A stretch of 64,000 nt of DNA, taken from positions 9,250,718 through 9,314,717 of the forward strand of contig CM119268.1 in assembly GCA_051294375.1 (NCBI GenBank), given 5' to 3'. Within the stretch, counting starts at the first letter, position 1; each line of letters begins with the position of its first letter. Below are positions 49,990-62,400 of this stretch, in pieces. Below the pieces are notes generated by a model. That model made no database searches and was not told the origin of the DNA. It saw nothing but the letters and a program-made list of their open reading frames with translations. The stretch is from Paraspadella gotoi (Eukaryota > Animalia > Chaetognatha). The position numbers and the translations under genes are program-made.

Positions 49990-52900
49990 ATGGCAACGAC
50001 TTCAAGCGTGGAACCGGACCCGGCGTCGGCGCCGACTAAATCCGTGACACCGCCCGAACCCGCGTTGACTTCTCGACGATTGACTCCACTGGAGAGAGAC
50101 AGAGTCCGGCGCCTCGTTTGGGGCAAGGGCGAACCGAAGGTAGAGGTCTTCGATCGATGGTCTCAGGGTTTCACATTTAGCGAAGACGAACCTACAGCTC
50201 TGGTGCAGGATGCCGGAGGCCCGTGCGCCGTCATCATGCCCGTTCAGGTTTGCCTTAGCAGATGAGGGAAAACCTTTATTTTGACATTTTTTTTTTCATA
50301 CTTGGGCGTAATACGTAATTGTTTCGAAAACCGAAGGGTTACATTATCAAGAATCTCCTTCTTGGAATCACGAACGATAGCGACGACTGGCGCCAGAAAA
50401 GCCATAGCGAAGCGGGCGCCCTCCTGGTGGCGGCGTTGGCGGAGATGTTGACGTTGGTAGCGCCCCCAAACGGCATCTTCAATGTCGTTACTGTAGAGGA
50501 AAAGGAAGACTATCGGAGGCAAAAGCACGAACACGAGATTGCTAACGGAGTCGATCGTGGCGCGGAAGAGGTACTGGCGAGTTTGATGGAGACCGCTCAA
50601 CATTTTCGAGTACTTTTCCCAATCTGGTTAACAGTGTCCGTCATCATCGGTCTCGCCCCCGAAAAAGCCGCGCATGTCCCTCGAGGAATTCCACGCCAAC
50701 CTCGGAGTCATCGAATGCACCTCGTCGGGGCAGTTGACAGACGCGTTGACATTGCTCGAGTCCCGCGGAGATCTTCGGCGCCGCTCCGCGGTTCTCGCCT
50801 TTCTTTACTCGCTTCTCCTGACAAAAGGAATTGACAACATGCTGGTCGAAGTAGAGGATTCTTCCGAACCTTTGATCGAGGTTATTTTCGGACACGGCAG
50901 GTAGGAATGAAAATTTGAACCGGTCAAAACAAGATTAGAACTAAACTGATCATAAAACCCCCCAACTTTTAGCCAAAGTCTCGTCAACCTTCAAATCTCA
51001 GGAGTCGCTGTATCTAACGTCTTCGATGAAGAGAAAGACCTTGGAGGCTTTAAGCTCCGAGGAATTGCTAGTCAAGCGCCGATTGGATTTCTCTCCTTTC
51101 TCGAACACTTGCGGTAAAAAAAATCTATTGGAGGGCACTAATCCCTGTTTTAATCGTTAGCTAAGAATTTCGCCCACGCCATAACCCTTGTAGCTATTGC
51201 GAAGTTGGGTGGTACTTGAAAAATCCCTCGTGTCCAGTCTGGGTTTTGGGCAGCGAAACTCACTTTACGTTGCTTTTTTCGACGGATCAACGACTGATCG
51301 TCAAGGATTCCCCCGCCACATTTGGGAGAAGAGCGTTTTCTCAGCTAGACCCCGAGGGGAATGGATTCATATCCGGTTAGTATTTAGTATAACAAAATTA
51401 ATAACTCAAAAAATTTGTTTTATTTTGATGGAGGGAAAACAAATCAAATTTCGAATTTCCACTCTTCTTGATTTGGCATCCTATTTTCTGCTACTTTTTG
51501 CCTGTTAAACGAGAGAAAATCATTGGCTAAATAGGCGAAAGGTCATGAGAAAATGCTAGTCTTTACCCTTGCTTTTGGGTCTTCCGCGTCCTGGGCGAGA
51601 TTTGCTCCTGCTTTGGGCTTTTCCGCTGCTGCTTTTCTTGCCTCGGCTAGACTTGTTTCTGCTATCGGCCTTGCTCTTGCTCTTTCCTCGAATTGACATG
51701 CTCGATGATTTGCCGCTTCGTTTCCCTTGAGATGATTTGTGGCGGTGATTTTCGGACTCTTTCTTCTCTTGATCGCCGACCCAGTTCCCGTTTTCGTAGT
51801 CTTCCAAAACCCGCGAGAGGGGAGATCGGCTTCGAGATCCACTTTCGTCGCGGCGCCGAGAGTGATGCGAGCAACCGTTGCCTTCCATTAGTAATTAGAT
51901 AAATTTCGTCACGTTTTTCAAAAACGTTAATCAAGTTTGTCCTAGAATACCCGAACTGTATCCATGTCTGTGCCTCGATCCTGATGGTATTCTCATCGAA
52001 CGTTCATCTACAGTTGTGTAAATTTTGTTCAAAACCTGCTATCGAGGCTCGGGGGATGAGGGGGGTAAAATATTTACCGTAACTTGGGCGATCATAATCT
52101 TTTCCAAGTACCAATTCTCTCGCTCGTTGGCGTGTCCTTGAAAATTTTACAAATTAAGGATATATCATAAAATATCTTTGATAGCCTCGATTAACATTTG
52201 ACTTGGTACTCACAGCTTTGCTTCGTGGCAGTTGCAACGGCAAATTCCTGGTTCTTCCAGTTTTTTCTTTTTTTCTTTAATTTTAACCATATTTTTCTTG
52301 GCCGAATGAGAAAGAGAAAAAACAAATTGAAAAAAAATTGAACTCCGACGAATTTTTCAGGCTGCACTGTTATGAGTAAGACGCGTTTTTAAAGGTATTT
52401 GTTTACTAGTTTTTAATAGTTTTCTTGCGATCTTGTCGAGTAAAGTCTAAGTACTAATGAACCTTTAAATAATTCGGATCCATTTATTTTTTTATTTAGC
52501 TGATCTGCTCAAAGATCTCCTGGCTTCCCTCGATTTTGTTTCCGAGCCACCAGAATATGTTAAAATCATGAAGGAAAAATTGGACCCAGAGGGACTTGAA
52601 ATTATAGTACTTACCAATTTTTTGCGAGAATTTTACGGAGACTCCGACTACGAAAATGTGAACGAGGTATAGAAGTGATAAACGTAACGCTAAAAGCTAA
52701 AAAATGGCTGTTGACGTAATAATTATTATTAACGAATATTTAATATTTATCTATCCATAGATTCCAAAGTCGTTTCCTTTGTACCATTACAACGGACTCA
52801 AAAAAACTGGTAATCCGGGTTTGTCATACGCTAAGTGTATTGCTACCATCGACGAACCAGGAATCATTGTCACAGATGCCACTCCGATTAAATTGTGCCT

Positions 52901-53028
52901 CCAAACTAAATGGTGAGCTTTGATTAACAGCTAAAAAATTTTCATTTTATAATTTATTTTCCTTATTTTTTTTCAGGCCTACCCTTGAAATAAACTGGGT
53001 TTCAGGGAACACGCCGTCTTTAAACTAA
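49990..53028 (+). CDS. MINDY3: MINDY3/FAM188A K48 deubiquitinase, multi-exon
   Basis: RWSQGFTFSEDEPTALVQDAGGPCAVI, FLYSLLLTKG, GHGSQSLVNL, YCEVGWYLKNPSCPVWVLGSETHFT, LYHYNGL, CLQTKWP, C-terminal PSLN. Confidence 0.92.
51556..52290 (-). CDS. Nested antisense gene in a MINDY3 intron encoding a very basic RS/K-rich protein (5' exons uncertain)
   Basis: ORF 51556-51888 (SRSRSP, KSKSK, SRSKSRPGRGRPKSKGK) preceded by GT-AG-bounded minus-strand segments near 52035-51951, 52137-52078 and 52290-52214. Confidence 0.55.
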
Positions 53029-53479
53029 CATTCTTTTATTTTAATTATTTTTCTCTGCAGCTTTGATATAGACATTGCTCGGATGTTTCCTTGTTTTAAT
53101 CGAAAGTCGATTTCGTCTCACGTTTTGATTTTTTTTCTCGGCTTTACTCGTTCCCTCATCGATCCCCATTTTAGGTGTTTATTTTTTTCAAAGAATGCAC
53201 AAAAGGAGCAAATGTAGGTGCCAAAACTGTTTTTTAAAAAGTTTTATTTTTTATTTTAGCTACTTGTTTGATTTTTTTAATGCGCCTAATATATCATGTC
53301 ATTTCATAAATTCTGAAAGTGCAAGTTTAAGCGATTTTGATTTGTGAGTTTTTCGTCTTTTTTTTATATTTGAGGTAGGTGAGAAATGGAGAGAGAGAGG
53401 CTAACATTCAGTCCCGTTTCGCGGCCATTGGGCACTCCGAAAAAAAAATTTCTACTCCGAGAAGCAAAATTATATTAAA

Positions 53480-56400
53480 ATGCGCATCCCTGTTATGGAG
53501 GCGGAAAAGGAAGTGACGGAGGGAGAAAGTCGTTCCGAAACATCGACCGAAGATGGCGAAGATTCTGCTCGGATCGGGGAAGACCTCGATCAAAACGAGC
53601 AAATTTTCCGCGGCAGGGGTGACGCCTCGCTGTCGAATGACAACGACGACTACGACCGCCGCGAAGAAGAGGCTGGGGAGCTCGCTGTGAAAGGAAGCGG
53701 ATCGGTTTTAGGGGCCTCGGCGGCGGACGACGGTGTGGATAATGAGGAAGGACGAGTCATAGACTTTTCCAAAGAAGAGCTTAATGAAGTAAGTCCTAGT
53801 TTCCTTTTTTGTATAATATTTGAAGTTATTAATTAGTTATTGTTGTCCCTTGCAGATGTTCTACTGCGACAGTTTTCCCACCGAAGACGAAGATGAAGCG
53901 GCAAATGTCGTCCAGTCCCCTCGTGGTTCCGCCTCTTCTGTGCCGCGCCTCGGTCCAAGTTCCTTTCATAACGCCACTAACGGCAAAAAGGACGGAGCTC
54001 CCCTTCCTCCAGAGGACATCGTACCTGCCACCGTCGCCTCTCGATCCGAGAAAACCTCTTCGTTGGAATCCGCGTCTCAGACTTCTAGCTTCACTACTTT
54101 AGAGAACGTCGTCGAAGTGTTCTTTTCCGATGAGGCGGCGGTGACGACGACCTCGACTCCAACGACGACGACGACGACGCGACCCGTCGTTATTAACTCA
54201 TCGGCGGACGTCAATGTCTTCCCCGCCATCGTCAGCACGGCCTCTTTGGTCAACCACGAAAACTCTCACTTGCCGCCGTCTGGATCGGTACTGTCTGTGT
54301 CTGGTCAAAGAGAGGTAATTTTTGCGTTCCCCTCCTATTTATAACTAAATTTTGATAAATAGAACAAAATATTCTTTTAAATTTTTTTTTTATTTCTAAA
54401 GGTTGATGTTTCCCAGAAAAAACCGGCCGGTTTTATAGGCTTTCCACCGCCATACAATGTACGCCAATCCCCGTTTCCGCTCGGTTTCGTCCCGCAGTCT
54501 CGAAGTCGCCTACCCGATGGAAACAACCGCAATCACCACCCGTTGCCGATTCCCCCCGCCGCTTTTCTGCGATCTCAAAATTCCGCCATGCCTTCTCTTT
54601 CGAGACATCAATATGCACCGCAACTTCCGCCGTATCAGCAGAACCCTGGACTATCCCCGCTGGCGGGTTCGGGCGGTGCTCGCTTTCCCGCACCGACTTT
54701 AGCAATCCCTCCCGCCGCTTTCACCTTAACGCCTCCGGGGGCAAGGTTACCGCCCTCGCCATCTACTAATCGTCTTGTCCATGGCCAGCCAGCACATCAC
54801 CAAACTCAACTACTAACGAATCAACCTGCTGTGTTCATCAATCAAGGAACTGAAACCCATCCAAACCAGATCGTATCTAACAAGTCTTGCCACATGAGCC
54901 AGGTAACAACGGGTGAGGCTTCCGTTAGTTTCTTCCCCCATTTGTCTTATGGCTCGAAACGTTTCACGCTCTTCCCGCAGTTCCACATGGTTCCTCACAG
55001 TTCCGCCAGCACCTGCCCTTCTGCGGCGGCGCAGATGACGACGTGCTGCCTTTCTACGTGCGTTCTATGCGGGGAAGGGTTCGAGACTGCCAAAGAGAGG
55101 GACGCCCACGTCGCCTTAGTCCATAACTCCAAAGAATCCGAGGTAAATTTTATAAGCATTTTGCAAACTTGCTATACTTTTAATAGGTTAATGAGATCTT
55201 TTAGTAGTTCTTAGAAGTTAGCTTGATTAATATTATTCATCAGAATGTTGACCGTCAGATTTCAGGTTAAGAAAGACATAAACTGGGAGAGAGGAAGAAA
55301 AATAAGTTTGTGGTTTAATGCCATAAATATCGAGATCATTTAAACTTTAATTTAACTTCTAAATGGCGAAAAAGCCCAAAAACACTGCATATCGTTTTTG
55401 TTTTTTTTTTCAATCGTCTTCGAGTACTACCAATAAGTACAATTTTCAAAAATTTCGATTTCACGCGCAACTGTTGTCGTTAATAACATTTTTGTCTGTT
55501 CCGCTTTTTGTTATGATCTCGACCGATTCTGCCCCTTGAAGCGGTTCAGACGCCATTCCGTCACCCCTTTCTGAATCCAACGCCCTTGTCAGGTCGTCGA
55601 GGATATTGAAAAAGGCGTTGACATCTTCGACATAGTCTCCGATCAATTGGCAGCTTTTCGTCAGTTCTACTGAACGCAGCGAGACTCGATCGTCCTCAAC
55701 TTCTCCTTTCGCAATGTCGTCTGATTTCTCCATAATGTGAGACATATCTGAATCCCTCGGAGGAACTAATTCCGATGAACAAAGCGGTCCTTAATTACAT
55801 AAGTTTTAGGCATGTTGTTATTTCCATCGATTTTCCTACTATCATTCTAATTCCTACCTCTTATCTCAAACTTTTCTTGAGTTTCCTCTTTTTCAACCGG
55901 AATTTCTGTCCCCATTTTGTCCCTTAGTTCGTAAAATTATAAAAATATTAAATTTTAAATTCTTCAAATTTAAAAATTTGTTCTTACATAACATTAGGCG
56001 GAGACTTTCGGAGTGGCGTAGCTTCTTTGTGTTGTTCGCATGTTCTGGCACTCAAGTTGTCGGTTTCGTCATTCTCATTGATTGAACACCTCGAAATGAA
56101 GAGTCGGATAGAATTTCTAAAAAATCATTCTACTCCCGTTCGACTCTATATCCCATCCGTACCTCATGGCCATGGCTATAAGAGCGGAACAGATGATTAA
56201 ACCGACGACGACGATGGCAATAGTAATTTCCATTTGACTTCTGTTACGTATCTTAATTCGATTTTTGTTCTGCGCTCTCCTTGGTCCCGTCTGTCCGGTT
56301 CGACCTCCCACTTTCGGCTTCTCTGCCGTCTTTCCTTCCTTTCCCATCACTTTCTCCCTCTGGCCTATTCTTATGTAAATAGGTTTCTTTAACGCTTTGC

Positions 56401-59400
56401 CTTGGGTCTCGTTCATTGATTCGCCGCTTATCCCCCCGTCCTCGACGTAAAAGCAGCGTAGTCGCTTAATCGCGTCTGATTTTGAATTTCCACCGCCGCT
56501 GATACTGCTGCTGCTCGCTTCTCCTGCCAAGACTTGTCCGGACGATGAAAAAAAAACATTTTCCTTCTCATTTTTTAATTCGTCGACGTCTTCATCATTA
56601 TCCTCCACAGACTCGCAGTCCAGTAGTTTATTCCAGGGAATGCGATTCCTTGCTTGTTTTGAAATTTAATTAGCTCGCGTTAATATTGATTTGAGAAAGC
56701 ACAATAATATTTCAGCGTTACCAGACTTTACTGCGACAAGTAGAGACGACGAGGTCATTCCGACTTCGTTTTTCATCACGCACGTTACCCTCGTGATATA
56801 TGTTGTGTTTGCCGCGGCAGGGATAGTGAGATCTGGTCAGTAATCAGATTTAATGCTTTGTAGCAAGTAGCAGTAACAATATACAGTTACTTATTTTTCC
56901 TAGTTACAATTTACGACAAGTTTTTTACAATTTTTTTGCATTTTTTACATATTTGTACAAAATTACTTTCTCCTTCGCTCGTCATTGTGGAGTTCATTAA
57001 TGACGTCATTAGCCATTGGATCTTTGCCGGTGGATTTCCAAACTCACTTGACGAGCATTTCAATTGTAGGTCTTCTTCTCCCTTTTAGCGGAGTCCAAAA
57101 TCTAAATTTATTGAACTACTACCAATGTTATTGTCGCTCTCACCTGCTCTTTGGGCAAAATCGAAATTCGTGGACCCAAGGGCGGCCAAACTATTCTGAC
57201 GCGAAATGGTTTCGAGTCGACGCTTCCTTTCTCCGAGGTTACACGACAAGTGTAATCCGGATTCAAAGTTCTCGAAGTTTTCTCGATCACCAATTGACGA
57301 CCCTGACCCACTCTAGACTTGGAACCTGTATGCCACTCGAATCGGCACGACCCTTCGCAGTCGGTCTCGCACCGCAGTTCAATCTTTCTTCCTTCCCTCG
57401 CTGTCGCGTTGCCATTAGTGGTAAAACCGGAAACGGGCCGCACCTCCGCGAAGACCGGGGCGAACGAAACGCGGACAAGCACCCGCGTTATTATTAAGGA
57501 GCTGTCACCGTCAGCAGTACGTACTTGGGCCGAACACGAAAGGATTGAGTTTTGGTCGGATTTCTCGAATTTCGTGATCAAGTGAGAGAGCCACAAAGGA
57601 TTGCTTGTTCTAAATATATAAGCATAAGATAAGTTTAAAAACATCAGTTCGAGCTCCCTTGTTATGTTGTCATCCTCACTTTATCATTTCCGTCATCGTG
57701 CTTCTACTCGGATCGATCGTTTTTTCGTTCAAAGCCCACGTGACTAAGGGCTGCGGGTATCCGTTGGTGAGGCATGATATCGGGACCATCTGTTCGGCAG
57801 CCACTTGTACCACTCCGCCTAGTCCAATCGACGAGGTAACTCTACTTTCGAAACTAAAGAAAAATGAAAGAATGATTTCGGTTAAAATTTATAACGACTT
57901 TAATGATGTGTACTTTTCGAAAGTTCTCCTTGTCTCGGCGGTGATGGGTTCCCCTCCAATGATGTGCAGTTGTGACGGTACGATTGCTGACTTGACGTGA
58001 ACGATCGCTACTCCCACGTCTTCAAGTTGGCACTCGGCGACTCTCTCATCGTCGCCGACCGAGAAAAAGTCTTTGAGCATTATCCCCCACGAGAGATAGG
58101 AATCGTGGGAGGCGTTGGGGGCGATCAATCTTACGGAGAAATTCGACCAGATATCTTTTCTTTCAATAAATATCGTTCCGTTTCTCTTCTGAAATTCGAA
58201 AAAAAAGTTTAAAAAATCAGATTAGAAGAGGGACACTTTTTGGTTCACTCACCCGAAGAGTTTCCCGCCATTTGGCTAAGACGATCGGGATTCGCTGGCT
58301 TTCTTTCAAAACCCACTTGACCATCAAGTCGGTGTTTTCGTCGTTGCCTATCTCGATTCTTCCGTCGCAAGCTAAACCGTGTTCGCGCCCATCTTGCCAG
58401 AAGGCTCGCTTCACAGATGTGTTAATACATATTCCATTTTCTCCGCAGTTTTCTTGGGCCGCGGCATCATTTCTGATTATCAAACTTGCTATTAACGAGA
58501 CGATCCGGAGGCTCGTGGTAGTCGGCATGTCGTTTTCCGACCCAATACGACTTTATCCCGGTAGATCATCAGTACCTCACGCCGTTACCACCTACCAACT
58601 ACAGCGAATTTCTACTACGGCTCTTCGTTTCTCTAACGAATCAAAGCAACACGGGCATTCGCTCGCGTTTTCCCATCTCTCTCTGCTTCTTTTAGCGCTA
58701 GCGATCAGTTTCTTCGATTTCGCCTTACGGTCATTTTGGCGCTTGGACATGTCGCTAAGAAATGATCGGCGGCGGCGGCGCAATCGAAACGCCAATTACG
58801 ATTATAATTACTCTTACTACGACTACTCAAGCGGTGAAGATTCCTCGTGGAGATGCTCCAGCGGTGAAGAGTTTTCTTTCGGGGGTGGCGGGCTCAACTT
58901 GTTCCTCTTAGCCGTCTGGGTTTCTATATTCGTGTGGCTGGTGCTTACTGTTTGGACCGAAAAAGACTGCCTTCAACCGTGGTGGATGTATTGATTAAAA
59001 GTATTTATATTGAATTTAGAACAATTGAATATATTTTATTTGACGAGTACGTCGAGTAGTAATGAAAAGATGTTAACCTTATAAAATTCATTTTCACTTT
59101 TCTGTTTCATTAGTTTGTTTCCGATGGGACGTACAACGATCGGAACGGACTTTGGCGTCTCTTCGAGGTCCTGAAAGAGAACGGTTTCATCCCACCTGAA
59201 GTGATTCGCGCCTACGAGATTTACTCAAAAAACCATCCAAGCGCGGGGAAGGCAGTCAACGAGAATTGCAAAGGAGAGGAGAAACGACTTCCTACGGTGC
59301 GTTTTTTTCTTTGGATAGTAATCTTATTTTTCTTTAGTTTACATTATAGTTCTTTTTTTTTTAACCTTTAGGAATAGTCAGACATCCTGGGATTGAATGA

Positions 59401-62400
59401 TATTGTATTTTCATGAGAATCTTTTACTCAAATATAATCAAAAGATCTTTTTACTTTTTGTTCTAAATTTACGCCTTTCTTACCTGCCAGCTCAAAACTC
59501 AAGTTTTTGAAGTTTCAAGTTGATTAGATGTATTTTTGAAATCGAGCGATGTACTAAATTAGATAATTGCTAATGGGTAAGCCACATGCCAGTATCTATC
59601 GAAACAGAATCTGATTTACAAATTTCAAGGTTTTATCGGGATACCTACTGTAAATTAAGAATAATGAAATTTGCTAAAATTATCGTTTTGCCAGAATCTG
59701 ATTTTGACAACAAAAAAACAAAATTTCTCGACTTTACATAGCTTTAACAGTTTAACAATCGAGAATATATCTTAATTTCAGTCACTTTCTACGACTCCTC
59801 CCAATGCTACGGTTCTTAGTCCTCGGAACGAAGATGGTTTAATTTCTTCCTCTGTTACCAAAAATGGTCCTGCTAAGGTCGAGATGCCTCCCGGACCCTC
59901 GGCTCTCTCTATCCCTTCCGCACCTCCAGTTCCCCGGTTTCTTCTTCCCGCCAACAATCAGAACTCGACGCCTTTGGGACCGCAACAAGTCTTTAGCTGT
60001 CTCGTGCCCGACTGTGTCTATTCCACGCCTACCATCGACAACTACCGAATGCACGTTCACATATTTCATCCCCACTTGCAGCTCGAGCTTCTTAAGTAAG
60101 TGTTCCGCGGGAAAAAAAAAAATTCATGACTTTAACTTTTCTTAATGTTTACTCCTTCCCAGTCCCGGCATAACGACTTTTCCCGGGAAGCAGTATCAAC
60201 CGATCGCGCCTCGACCACCGATTCATTCTTTGTTAACCCCGGGATTCGTTGATGGGGTCGGGAACTCAGTCGTCGTAGAGGGAATTGGGGGCGCGGGGGA
60301 TGCCATGTCGGATAGACGGCCGATCAAGGACAGAAGCGTTGCTGTCGAGAGAGCTATCGAAATGCACAAGTGCGTCGCGTCGGACTGTGATTATTATAGG
60401 TACTTCATTTAATCCCACAAGAACTTAGATGTAGCAAATTTAAAAAAAATCATTTCCTTCAGTGAATCATTGCAAGGTTTGAAAATGCATACACGATGGC
60501 GTCATCCCGAGATAAGTTCCTCCGCGGTGAGCCTGGCTCCTCTCACACTGGTCAGTCCGCAGGAACGTCACGCCTTCGCCTCCGGCCGTCACATGATCCC
60601 ATTACAGATAAAAAAAGTCATGAACTGCATCGTCTCCACCTGCGATTATCGGGCCACTTCCAACCACGCTCTCAAGATGCATATGACGATGGTCCACCCC
60701 GGCGTCGACAAGGACGAACTCGACTCCAAGATTCGCAGTTGCCCTATTGCCGGCTGCGAGAGAAACGGCATGAGTCTTCATGGGCTGAAACTGCACTGCA
60801 TTCGGGCGCACCCCGGTTATGAACTTACCAAACTCATGGCCGAATCCAACGCGATGTTGGATCGAGAAAACGGCACCGATGCGTCCGCCAGTGCCTCGCG
60901 CAAAGACCAACTCGCGGCTGAACCATTGGGGGAAAACGTGAACGATCTGACGAAAGACTTCGAGTCTGACGGCGAGGGCGAGTTCGACGGCGGCGTGCAA
61001 TCCTTTGACAGTATCGAACCTTTCGACGAAAACTTAGGGCAAATTCTTCCCGAGGATCCATCGCTTGACGCTGGTCCGCTCGCCGAAGTCGCTGAGGGAT
61101 CCGGAAAGGACGACTCGTCCTTCTTAGATCGGGAGACGCCGGAAGGTCCAGACGTCAAGCCCTTTGGGTGCGCCGTGCCGGGGTGCAACTACCGCGCCTA
61201 CACCTCGCATAATATGCGGGTGCACACTAGACTCAATCATCCGGGCATCGACGGCGGGGCCGATGCGGTCGACGAATTTGGTTGCTTTTCGAGGCCTAAG
61301 TATCAGCGGCGTAAATGCAAGAAAATATACCGCTGCTCGGTCAAGGGCTGCAACGTCGGTCGCAAGTCCCTGATGAGCCTCCGCGGCCTTCGTGTCCATA
61401 CCACGTTGCGCCACCCTCAACTTACGCGAGTCGACGACGCCGGAAATCTTCCTTCGGTTGTCGCGGGCGTGGACGGCGAGGATATCGTCGCTGCTGAAGA
61501 TGCGGGGGACGAGGATGACGACGAGGAGGAAGACGAGGAAGAGGATGAGGAAAAAGGGTCGGTGGAGGAGGAAGGTCCGTTGAATGAAACTATTGAGGGG
61601 AGGGAAGAAAAAGCCGAGTTGGTGACGATGGAAAAGAAAAAATTGCTGGCTGATCCCGCGTCTGAAACTAACTTCCTCGACTCTGGAAGTTATGGTCGAC
61701 GAGTTGTCAACAAGGGCACCGACGAAAAACCCTATTTCTGCCATTACGAGGGCTGTGGCTTTACGGCGGCCACTTACCAAGCCGTGAACAGTCACAAACG
61801 CCATCATATCAATCGCGCCCGTTTAGCTACGGAGTCAAAAGAGTTTCCCTGCCCGATCGCGGGTTGCGTTAAGATCTCAAACGGGATTAAGGGCCTCCGG
61901 GTTCACGTGACCCGATGCCATCCCGAATTTGGAGGGAGCGTAAATGACGACGGACACGTCGATGAACCGACGTCGTCGACGCCGGCTTCTTCGACGCCAA
62001 TCGTCAATATTAAAACGACAACCGCGAAAGAAACGAACCAATTTGGGAATGACAATGGGGAGAGGTAATTTTTGTTGTCTTGCCATGGTTTATATAACTT
62101 TATATACAAAAGGCTTCATATTAGAAAATGATACGCCGTTTTTTCGAACCGAGAATCGGTTCCGGAATAACTACTGGACCAAACAAGTTGAAATTTTGTA
62201 TATGAAAATTGCAAAATTACTTGTTTCAATATTTTAAGTATTCGATTTTATAATTTTCATTAAAATTATATATTACAAATTCTATATTTTTTAAAATGAT
62301 TATTATTATTATTATTATTCATTAGTTTTTGTTTTTGATAATCTAAATATGAAAATATTATAGAATTAATGGAAGAGGGTTGTTATATGATCATTAAGGG

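Noticed and set aside
58272-58748. 5' part of the 240-aa plus-strand ORF
   Set aside because: Starts at a non-ATG codon and overlaps the antisense Ig gene's first exon; only the part from ATG 58749 is retained
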